In this document: positions 12,228 through 24,300 of the stretch, piece after piece
How positions within the stretch are numbered: position 1 is the stretch's first letter
Layout: every line of letters starts with the position of its first letter
From: the human T2T-CHM13v2.0 reference genome, Homo sapiens
NCBI RefSeq assembly: GCF_009914755.1
Contig: NC_060936.1
Strand: one strand, 5' to 3'
DNA length: 64,000 nt
Made by a program: the position numbers and the translations under genes
The notes under the pieces: model-generated
Seen by the model: only the letters and a program-made list of their open reading frames with translations
Databases searched by the model: none
Told to the model about the DNA's origin: nothing

Positions 12228-13586
12228 TGAAATCTCCAGCTGCAAATTCCACAAAAAGGGTGTTTAACATCTGCTCTTCTAAAGGAAAGTTCAACTCTAT
12301 GAGTTGAATACACACAGCACAAAGGAGTTACTGAGACTTCTCCTATCAAACATTATATGAAGAAATCCCGTTTCCAACGAAGGCCTCAAAGAGGTCCAAA
12401 TATCTGCTTGCAGACTTTACAGACAGAGTGTTTCCAAACTGCTCCATCAAAAGAAAGGTTAAACTCCTTGAGTTGAACACACACATCACAAAGTAGTTTC
12501 TGTGAATGATTCTGTCTAGTTTTTATACGAAGATGTTTCCTTTTCTACCTTTGGTCTCAAAGCGATTGAAATCTCCACATGGAAACTCCACAAAAAGAGT
12601 GTTTCAAATCTGCTCTTTCTGAAGGAAGGTTCAACTCTGTGAGTTGAATACACACACCACAAATAAGTTACTGAGAATTCTTCTGTGTAACATTATATGA
12701 GGAAATCCCGTTTCCAACGAAGGCCTCAAAGAGGTCCAAATATCCACTTGCAGACTTTACAAAGACAGTGTCTCCAAACTCCTCCATCAAAAGAAAGGTT
12801 ATACTCTGTGAATTGAATGCACACATCACAAAGTAGTTTCTGAGAATGATTCTGTCTAGTTTTTATACGAAGATATTTCCTTTTCTACATTTGGCCTAAA
12901 AGCGCTTGAAATCTCCACCTGCAAATATCACAAAAAGAGGGTTTCACATCTGCTCTGTCTAAAGGACAGTTCACCTCTGTGAGTTGAATAGAGGCAACAC
13001 AAAGAACTTACTCAGTATTCTTCTTTCTAGCATTCTATGAAGAAATCCCGTTTCCAACGAAGGCCCCAAAGAGGTCCAAATATCTGCTTGCAGACTTTAC
13101 AGACAGAGTTTTTCCAAACTGCTCCATCAAAAGAAAGGTTAAACTCCTTGAGTTGAACACACACATCACAAAGTAGTTTCTGTGAATGATTCTGTCTAGT
13201 TTTTATAAGAAGATGTTTCCTTTTCTACCTTTGGTCTCAAAGCGATTGAAATCTCCACATGGAAACTCCTCAAAAAGAGTGTTTCAAATCTGCTCTTTCT
13301 GAAGGAAGGTTCAACTCTGTGAGTTGAATACACACACCACAAATAAGTTACTGAGAATTCTTCTGTGTAACATTATATGAGGAAATCCCGTTTCCAACGA
13401 AGGCCTCAAAGAGGTCCAAATATCCACTTGCGGACATTACAAACAGTGTGTTTCCCAACTGCTCCATCAAAAGAAAGGTTAAACTCTGTGAGCTGAACAC
13501 ACACATCAAAAAGAAGTTTCTGTGAATGATTCTGTCTAGATTTTATAAGAAGATGTTTCCTTTTCTACCGTAGGCCTCAAAGCGCT
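12228..13586 (-). repeat. Variant 8-mer HOR ABCB' (1359 bp)
   Basis: Same markers as 4756-6114 (aaGgagttact, gaaTgcac, ggccCcaa, ctccTc). Confidence 0.9.
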
Positions 13587-16302
13587 TGAAATCTCCAGCT
13601 GCAAATTCCACAAAAAGGGTGTTTAACATCTGCTCTTCTAAAGGAAAGTTCAACTCTATGAGTTGAATACACACAGCACAAAGAAGTTACTGAGACTTCT
13701 CCTATCAAACATTATATGAAGAAATCCCGTTTCCAACGAAGGCCTCAAAGAGGTCCAAATGTCTGCTTGCAGACTTTACAGACAGAGTGTTTCCAAACTG
13801 CTCCATCAAAAGAAAGGTTAAACTCCTTGAGTTGAACACACACATCACAAAGTAGTTTCTGTGAATGATTCTGTCTAGTTTTTATACGAAGATGTTTCCT
13901 TTTCTACCTTTGGTCTCAAAGCGATTGAAATCTCCACATGGAAACTCCACAAAAAGAGTGTTTCAAATCTGCTCTTTCTGAAGGAAGGTTCAACTCTGTG
14001 AGTTGAATACACACACCACAAATAAGTTACTGAGAATTCTTCTGTGTAACATTATATGAGGAAATCCCGTTTCCAACGAAGGCCTCAAAGAGGTCCAAAT
14101 ATCCACTTGCAGACTTTACAAAGACAGTGTCTCCAAACTCCTCCATCAAAAGAAAGGTTATACTCTGTGAATTGAACGCACACATCACAAAGTAGTTTCT
14201 GAGAATGATTCTGTCTAGTTTTTATACGAAGATATTTCCTTTTCTACATTTGGCCTAAAAGCGCTTGAAATCTCCACCTGCAAATATCACAAAAAGAGGG
14301 TTTCACATCTGCTCTGTCTAAAGGACAGTTCACCTCTGTGAGTTGAATAGAGGCAACACAAAGAACTTACTCAGTATTCTTCTTTCTAGCATTCTATGAA
14401 GAAATCCCGTTTCCAACGAAGGCCTCAAAGAGGTCAAATATCTGCTTGCAGACTTTACAGACAGAGTGTTTCCAAACTACTCTATGAAAAGAAAGCTTAA
14501 ACTCCTTGAGTTGAACGCACACATCACAAAGTAGTTTCTGAGAATGATTCTGTCTAGTTTTTATACGAAGATGTTTCCTTTTCTACATTTGGTCTCAAAG
14601 CTCTTGAAATCTCCAACTGGAAACTGCACAAATAGGCTGTTTCAAATCTGCTCTGTCTAAAGGAAGGTTCAACTCTGTGAGTTGAATACACACACCACAA
14701 ATAAGTTACTGAGAATTCTTCTGTCGAACATTACTTGAAGAAATCCCGTTTCCAACGAAGGCCTCAAAGAGGTCCAAATATCCACTTGCAGACGTTACAA
14801 ACAGAGTGTTTCCAAACTGCTCCATCAAAAGAAAGGTTAAACTCTGTGAGCTGAACACACACATCAAAAAGAAGTTTCTGTGAATGATTCTGTCTAGATT
14901 TTATAAGAAGATGTTTCCTTTTCTACCGTAGGCCTCAAAGCGCTTGAAATCTCCAGCTGCAAATTCCACAAAAAGGGTGTTTAACATCTGCTCTTCTAAA
15001 GGAAAGTTCAACTCTATGAGTTGAATACACACAGCACAAAGAAGTTACTGAGACTTCTCCTATCAAACATTATATGAAGAAATCCCGTTTCCAACGAAGG
15101 CCTCAAAGAGGTCCAAATATCTGCTTGCAGACTTTACAGACAGAGTGTTTCCAAACTGCTCCATCAAAAGAAAGGTGAAACTCCTTGAGTTGAACACACA
15201 CATCACAAAGTAGTTTCTGTGAATGATTCTGTCTAGTTTTTATACGAAGATGTTTCCTTTTCTACCTTTGGTCTCAAAGCGATTGAAATCTCCACATGGA
15301 AACTCCACAAAAAGAGTGTTTCAAATCTGCTCTTTCTGAAGGAAGGTTCAACTCTGTGAGTTGAATACGCACACCACAAATAAGTTACTGAGAATTCTTC
15401 TGTGTAACATTATATGAGGAAATCCCGTTTCCAACGAAGGCCTCAAAGAGGTCCAAATATCCACTTGCAGACTTTACAAAGACAGTGTCTCCAAACTCCT
15501 CCATCAAAAGAAAGGTTATACTCTGTGAATTGAACGCACACATCACAAAGTAGTTTCTGAGAATGATTCTGTCTAGTTTTTATACGAAGATATTTCCTTT
15601 TCTACATTTGGCCTAAAAGCGCTTGAAATCTCCACCTGCAAATATCACAAAAAGAGGGTTTCACATCTGCTCTGTCTAAAGGACAGTTCACCTCTGTGAG
15701 TTGAATAGAGGCAACACAAAGAACTTACTCAGTATTCTTCTTTCTAGCGTTCTATGAAGAAATCCCGTTTCCAACGAAGGCCTCAAAGAGGTCAAATATC
15801 TGCTTGCAGACTTTACAGACAGAGTGTTTCCAAACTACTCTATGAAAAGAAAGCTTAAACTCCTTGAGTTGAACGCACACATCACAAAGTAGTTTCTGAG
15901 AATGATTCTGTCTAGTTTTTATACGAAGATGTTTCCTTTTCTACATTTGGTCTCAAAGCGATTGAAATCTCCAACTGGAAACTGCACAAATAGGCTGTTT
16001 CAAATCTGCTCTGTCTAAAGGAAGGTTCAGCTCTGTGAGTTGAATACACACACCACAAATAAGTTACTGAGAATTCTTCTGTCGAACATTACAGGAAGAA
16101 ATCCCGTTTCCAACGAAGGCCTCAAAGAGCTCCAAATATCCACTTGCAGACATTACAAACAGTGTGTTTCCCAACTGCTCCATCAAAAGAAAGGTTAAAC
16201 TCTGTGAGCTGAACACACACATCAAAAAGAAGTTTCTGTGAATGATTCTGTCTAGATTTTATAAGAAGATGTTTCCTTTTCTACCGTAGGCCTCAAAGCG
16301 CT

Positions 16303-18340
16303 TGAAATCTCCAGCTGCAAATTCCACAAAAAGGGTGTTTAACATCTGCTCTTCTAAAGGAAAGTTCAACTCTATGAGTTGAATACACACAGCACAAAGA
16401 AGTTACTGAGACTTCTCCTATCAAACATTATATGAAGAAATCCCGTTTCCAACGAAGGCCTCAAAGAGGTCCAAATGTCTGCTTGCAGACTTTACAGACA
16501 GAGTGTTTCCAAACTGCTCCATCAAAAGAAAGGTTAAACTCCTTGAGTTGAACACACACATCACAAAGTAGTTTCTGTGAATGATTCTGTCTAGTTTTTA
16601 TACGAAGATGTTTCCTTTTCTACCTTTGGTCTCAAAGCGATTGAAATCTCCACATGGAAACTCCACAAAAAGAGTGTTTCAAATCTGCTCTTTCTGAAGG
16701 AAGGTTCAACTCTGTGAGTTGAATACACACACCACAAATAAGTTACTGAGAATTCTTCTGTGTAACATTATATGAGGAAATCCCGTTTCCAACGAAGGCC
16801 TCAAAGAGGTCCAAATATCCACTTGCAGACTTTACAAAGACAGTGTCTCCAAACTCCTCCATCAAAAGAAAGGTTATACTCTGTGAATTGAACGCACACA
16901 TCACAAAGTAGTTTCTGAGAATGATTCTGTCTAGTTTTTATACGAAGATATTTCCTTTTCTACATTTGGCCTAAAAGCGCTTGAAATCTCCACCTGCAAA
17001 TATCACAAAAAGAGGGTTTCACATCTGCTCTGTCTAAAGGACAGTTCACCTCTGTGAGTTGAATAGAGGCAACACAAGGAACTTACTCAGTATTCTTCTT
17101 TCTAGCATTCTATGAAGAAATCCCGTTTCCAACGAAGGCCCCAAAGAGATCTAAATATCTGCTTGCAGACTTTACAGACAGAGTTTTTCCAAACTGCTCC
17201 ATCAAAAGAAAGGTTAAACTCCTTGAGTTGAACACACACATCACAAAGTAGTTTCTGTGAATGATTCTGTCTAGTTTTTATAAGAAGATGTTTCCTTTTC
17301 TACCTTTGGTCTCAAAGCGATTGAAATCTCCACATGGAAACTCCTCAAAAAGAGTGTTTCAAATCTGCTCTTTCTGAAGGAAGGTTCAACTCTGTGAGTT
17401 GAATACACACACCACAAATAAGTTACTGAGAATTCTTCTGTGTAACATTATATGAGGAAATCCCGTTTCCATCGAAGGCCTCAAAGAGGTCCAAATATCC
17501 ACTTGCAGACTTTACAAAGACAGTGTCTCCAAACTCCTCCATCAAAAGAAAGGTTATACTCTGTGAATTGAACGCACACATCACAAAGTAGTTTCTGAGA
17601 ATGATTCTGTCTAGTTTTTATACGAAGATATTTCCTTTTCTACATTTGGCCTAAAAGCGCTTGAAATCTCCACCTGCAAATATCACAAAAAGAGGGTTTC
17701 ACATCTGCTCTGTCTAAAGGACAGTTCACCTCTGTGAGTTGAATAGAGGCAACACAAAGAACTTACTCAGTATTCTTCTTTCTAGCATTCTATGAAGAAA
17801 TCCCGTTTCCAACGAAGGCCTCAAAGAGGTCAAATATCTGCTTGCAGACTTTACAGACAGAGTGTTTCCAAACTACTCGATGAAAAGAAAGCTTAAACTC
17901 CTTGAGTTGAACGCACACATCACAAAGTAGTTTCTGAGAATGATTCTGTCTAGTTTTTATACGAAGATGTTTCCTTTTCTACATTTGGTCTGAAAGCGAT
18001 TGAAATCTCCAACTGGAAACTGCACAAATAGGGTGTTTCAAATCTGCTCTGTCTAAAGGAAGGTTCAGCTCTGTGAGTTGAATACACACACCACAAATAA
18101 GTTACTGAGAATTCTTCTGTCGAACATTACAGGAAGAAATCCCGTTTCCAATGAAGGCCTCAAAGAGGTCCAAATATCCACTTGCGGACATTACAAACAG
18201 TGTGTTTCCCAACTGCTCCATCAAAAGAAAGGTTAAACTCTGTGAGCTGAACACACACATCAAAAAGAAGTTTCTGTGAATGATTCTGTCTAGATTTTAT
18301 AAGAAGATGTTTCCTTTTCTACCGTAGGCCTCAAAGCGCT
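16303..18340 (-). repeat. 12-mer variant HOR ABCB'CD (2038 bp)
   Basis: Dimer order is A,B,C,B',C,D. Markers acaaGgaac, gagAtc, ccaTcg, tactcGa, tctGaaag, ccaaTg. Confidence 0.92.
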
Positions 18341-21300
18341 TGAAATCTCCAGCTGCAAATTCCACAAAAAGGGTGTTTAACATCTGCTCTTCTAAAGGAA
18401 AGTTCAACTCTATGAGTTCAATACACACAGCACAAAGAAGTTACTGAGACTTCTCCTATCAAACATTATATGAAGAAATCCCGTTTCCAACGAAGGCCTC
18501 AAAGAGGTCCAAATATCTGCTTGCAGACTTTACAGACAGAGTGTTTCCAAACTGCTCCATCAAAAGAAAGGTTAAACTCCTTGAGTTGAACACACACATC
18601 ACAAGGTAGTTTCTGTGAATGATTCTGTCTAGTTTTTATACGAAGATGTTTCCTTTTCTACCTTTGGTCTCAAAGCGATTGAAATCTCCACATGGAAACT
18701 CCACAAAAAGAGTGTTTCAAATCTGCTCTTTCTGAAGGAAGGTTCAACTCTGTGAGTTGAATACGCACACCACAAATAAGTTACTGAGAATTCTTCTGTG
18801 TAACATTATATGAGGAAATCCCGTTTCCAACGAAGGCCTCAAAGAGGTCCAAATATCCACTTGCAGACTTTACAAAGACAGTGTCTCCAAACTCCTCCAT
18901 CAAAAGAAAGGTTATACTCTGTGAATTGAACGCACACATCACAAAGTAGTTTCTGAGAATGATTCTGTCTAGTTTTTATACGAAGATATTTCCTTTTCTA
19001 CATTTGGCCTAAAAGCGCTTGAAATCTCCACCTGCAAATATCACAAAAAGAGGGTTTCACATCTGCTCTGTCTAAAGGACAGTTCACCTCTGTGAGTTGA
19101 ATAGAGGCAACACAAAGAACTTACTCAGTATTCTTCTTTCTAGCGTTCTATGAAGAAATCCCGTTTCCAACGAAGGCCTCAAAGAGGTCAAATATCTGCT
19201 TGCAGACTTTACAGACAGAGTGTTTCCAAACTACTCTATGAAAAGAAAGCTTAAACTCCTTGAGTTGAACGCACACATCACAAAGTAGTTTCTGAGAATG
19301 ATTCTGTCTAGTTTTTATACGAAGATGTTTCCTTTTCTACATTTGGTCTCAAAGCGATTGAAATCTCCAACTGGAAACTGCACAAATAGGGTGTTTCAAA
19401 TCTGCTCTGTCTAAAGGAAGGTTCAACTCTGTGAGTTGAATACACACACCACAAATAAGTTACTGAGAATTCTTCTGTCGAACATTACTTGAAGAAATCC
19501 CGTTTCCAACGAAGGCCTCAAAGAGGTCCAAATATCCACTTGCAGACATTACAAACAGAGTGTTTCCAAACTGCTCCATCAAAAGAAAGGTTAAACTCTG
19601 TGAGCTGAACACACACATCAAAAAGAAGTTTCTGTGAATGATTCTGTCTAGATTTTATAAGAAGATGTTTCCTTTTCTACCGTAGGCCTCAAAGCGCTTG
19701 AAATCTCCAGCTGCAAATTCCACAAAAAGGGTGTTTAACATCTGCTCTTCTAAAGGAAAGTTCAACTCTATGAGTTGAATACACACAGCACAAAGAAGTT
19801 ACTGAGACTTCTCCTATCAAACATTATATGAAGAAATCCCGTTTTCAACGAAGGCCTCAAAGAGGTCCAAATATCTGCTTGCAGACTTTACAGACAGAGT
19901 GTTTCCAAACTGCTCCATCAAAAGAAAGGTTAAACTCCTTGAGTTGAACACACACATCACAAAGTAGTTTCTGTGAATGATTCTGTCTAGTTTTTATACG
20001 AAGATGTTTCCTTTTCTACCTTTGGTCTCAAAGCGATTGAAATCTCCACATGGAAACTCCACCAAAAGAGTGTTTCAAATCTGCTCTTTCTGAAGGAAGG
20101 TTCAACTCTGTGAGTTGAATACAGACACCACGAATAAGTTACTGAGAATTCTTCTGTGTAACATTATATGAGGAAATCCCGTTTCCAACGAAGGCCTCAA
20201 AGAGGTCCAAATATCTACTTGCAGACTTTACAAAGACAGTGTCTCCAAACTCCTCCATCAAAAGAAAGGTTATACTCTGTGAATTGAACGCACACATCAC
20301 AAAGTAGTTTCTGAGAATGATTCTGTCTAGTTTTTATACGAAGATATTTCCTTTTCTACATTTGGCCTAAAAGCGCTTGAAATCTCCACCTGCAAATATC
20401 ACAAAAAGAGGGTTTCACATCTGCTCTGTCTAAAGGACAGTTCACCTCTGTGAGTTGAATAGAGGCAACACAAAGAACTTACTCAGTATTCTTCTTTCTA
20501 GCGTTCTATGAAGAAATCCCGTTTCCAACGAAGGCCTCAAAGAGGTCAAATATCTGCTTGCAGACTTTACAGACAGAGTGTTTCCAAACTACTCTATGAA
20601 AAGAAAGCTTAAACTCCTTGAGTTGAACGCACACATCACAAAGTAGTTTCTGAGAATGATTCTGTCTAGTTTTTATACGAAGATGTTTCCTTTTCTACAT
20701 TTGGTCTCAAAGCGATTGAAATCTCCAACTGGAAACTGCACAAATAGGCTGTTTCAAATCTGCTCTGTCTAAAGGAAGGTTCAGCTCTGTGTGTTGAATA
20801 CACACACCACAAATAAGTTACTGAGAATTCTTCTGTCGAACATTACAGGAAGAAATCCCGTTTCCAACGAAGGCCTCAAAGAGGTCCAAATATCCACTTG
20901 CGGACGTTACAAACAGTGTGTTTCCCAACTGCTCCATCAAAAGAAAGGTTAAACTCTGTGAGCTGAACACACACATCAAAAAGAAGTTTCTGTGAATGAT
21001 TCTGTCTAGATTTTATAAGAAGATGTTCCTTTTCTACCGTAGGCCTCAAAGCGCTTGAAATCTCCAGCTGCAAATTCCACAAAAAGAGTGTTTAACATCT
21101 GCTCTTCTAAAGGAAAGTTCAACTCTATGAGTTGAATACACACAGCACAAAGAAGTTACTGAGACTTCTCCTATCAAACATTATATGAAGAAATCCCGTT
21201 TCCAACGAAGGCCTCAAAGAGGTCCAAATGTCTGCTTGCAGACTTTACAGACAGAGTGTTTCCAAACTGCTCCATCAAAAGAAAGGTTAAACTCCTTGAG

Positions 21301-24300
21301 TTGGACACACACATCACAAAGTAGTTTCTGTGAATGATTCTGTCTAGTTTTTATACGAAGATGTTTCCTTTTCTACCTTTGGTCTCAAAGCGATTGAAAT
21401 CTCCACATGGAAACTCCACAAAAAGAGTGTTTCAAATCTGCTCTTTCTGAAGGAAGGTTCAACTCTGTGAGTTGAATACACACACCACAAATAAGTTACT
21501 GAGAATTCTTCTGTGTAACATTATATGAGGAAATCCCGTTTCCAACGAAGGCCTCAAAGAGGTCCAAATATCCACTTGCAGACTTTACAAAGACAGTGTC
21601 TCCAAACTCCTCCATCAAAAGAAAGGTTATACTCTGTGAATTGAACGCACACATCACAAAGTAGTTTCTGAGAATGATTCTGTCTAGTTTTTATACGAAG
21701 ATATTTCCTTTTCTACATTTGGCCTAAAAGCGCTTGAAATCTCCACCTGCAAATATCACAAAAAGAGGGTTTCACATCTGCTCTGTCTAAAGGACAGTTC
21801 ACCTCTGTGAGTTGAATAGAGGCAACACAAAGAACTTACTCAGTATTCTTCTTTCTAGCGTTCTATGAAGAAATCCCGTTTCCAACGAAGGCCTCAAAGA
21901 GCTCAAATATCTGCTTGCAGACTTTACAGACAGAGTGTTTCCAAACTACTCTATGAAAAGAAAGCTTAAACTCCTTGAGTTGAACGCACACATCACAAAG
22001 TAGTTTCTGAGAATGATTCTGTCTAGTTTTTATACGAAGATGTTTCCTTTTCTACATTTGGTCTCAAAGCTCTTGAAATCTCCAACTGGAAACTGCACAA
22101 ATAGGCTGTTTCAAATCTGCTCTGTCTAAAGGAAGGTTCAACTCTGTGAGTTGAATACACACACCACAAATAAGTTACTGAGAATTCTTCTGTCGAACAT
22201 TACTTGAAGAAATCCCGTTTCCAACGAAGGCCTCAAACAGGTCCAAATATCCACTTGCAGACGTTACAAACAGAGTGTTTCCAAACTGCTCCATCAAAAG
22301 AAAGGTTAAACTCTGTGAGCTGAACACACACATCAAAAAGAAGTTTCTGTGAATGATTCTGTCTAGATTTTATAAGAAGATGTTTCCTTTTCTACCGTAG
22401 GCCTCAAAGCGCTTGAAATCTCCAGCTGCAAATTCCACAAAAAGGGTGTTTAACATCTGCTCTTCTAAAGGAAAGTTCAACTCTATGAGTTGAATACACA
22501 CAGCACAAAGAAGTTACTGAGACTTCTCCTATCAAACATTATATGAAGAAATCCCGTTTCCAACGAAGGCCTCAAAGAGGTCCAAATATCTGCTTGCAGA
22601 CTTTACAGACAGAGTGTTTCCAAACTGCTCCATCAAAAGAAAGGTTAAACTCCTTGAGTTGAACACACACATCACAAAGTAGTTTCTGTGAATGATTCTG
22701 TCTAGTTTTTATACGAAGATGTTTCCTTTTCTACCTTTGGTCTCAAAGCGATTGAAATCTCCACATGGAAACTCCACAAAAAGAGTGTTTCAAATCTGCT
22801 CTTTCTGAAGGAAGGTTCAACTCTGTGAGTTGAATACACACACCACAAATAAGTTACTGAGAATTCTTCTGTGTAACATTATATGAGGAAATCCCGTTTC
22901 CAACGAAGGCCTCAAAGAGGTCCAAATATCCACTTGCAGACTTTACAAAGACAGTGTCTCCAAACTCCTCCATCAAAAGAAAGGTTATACTCTGTGAATT
23001 GAACGCACACATCACAAAGTAGTTTCTGAGAATGATTCTGTCTAGTTTTTATACGAAGATATTTCCTTTTCTACATTTGGCCTAAAAGCGCTTGAAATCT
23101 CCACCTGCAAATATCACAAAAAGAGGGTTTCACATCTGCTCTGTCTAAAGGACAGTTCACCTCTGTGAGTTGAATAGAGGCAACACAAAGAACTTACTCA
23201 GTATTCTTCTTTCTAGCGTTCTATGAAGAAATCCCGTTTCCAACGAAGGCCTCAAAGAGGTCAAATATCTGCTTGCAGACTTTACAGACAGAGTGTTTCC
23301 AAACTACTCTATGAAAAGAAAGCTTAAACTCCTTGAGTTGAACGCACACATCACAAAGTAGTTTCTGAGAATGATTCTGTCTAGTTTTTATACGAAGATG
23401 TTTCCTTTTCTACATTTGGTCTCAAAGCTCTTGAAATCTCCAACTGGAAACTGCACAAATAGGCTGTTTCAAATCTGCTCTGTCTAAAGGAAGGTTCAAC
23501 TCTGTGAGTTGAATACACACACCACAAATAAGTTACTGAGAATTCTTCTGTCGAACATTACTTGAAGAAATCCCGTTTCCAACGAAGGCCTCAAACAGGT
23601 CCAAATATCCACTTGCAGACGTTACAAACAGAGTGTTTCCAAACTGCTCCATCAAAAGAAAGGTTAAACTCTGTGAGCTGAACACACACATCAAAAAGAA
23701 GTTTCTGTGAATGATTCTGTCTAGATTTTATAAGAAGATGTTTCCTTTTCTACCGTAGGCCTCAAAGCGCTTGAAATCTCCAGCTGCAAATTCCACAAAA
23801 AGGGTGTTTAACATCTGCTCTTCTAAAGGAAAGTTCAACTCTATGAGTTGAATACACACAGCACAAAGAAGTTACTGAGACTTCTCCTATCAAACATTAT
23901 ATGAAGAAATCCCGTTTCCAACGAAGGCCTCAAAGAGGTCCAAATATCTGCTTGCAGACTTTACAGACAGAGTGTTTCCAAACTGCTCCATCAAAAGAAA
24001 GGTTAAACTCCTTGAGTTGAACACACACATCCCAAAGTAGTTTCTGTGAATGATTCTGTCTAGTTTTTATACGAAGATGTTTCCTTTTCTACCTTTGGTC
24101 TCAAAACGATTGAAATCTCCACATGGAAACTCCACAAAAAGAGTGTTTCAAATCTGCTCTTTCTGAAGGAAGGTTCAACTCTGTGAGTTGAATACACACA
24201 CCACAAATAAGTTACTGAGAATTCTTCTGTGTAACATTATATGAGGAAATCCCGTTTCCAACGAAGGCCTCAAAGAGGTCCAAATATCCACTTGCAGACT

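Noticed and set aside
20876-21082. 68-aa minus-strand ORF (MWNLQLEISS...)
   Set aside because: It lies wholly in satellite, begins at TTG rather than ATG, and is opened by a local 1-bp deletion near 21027 that joins two frames. There is no gene context or recognisable domain.
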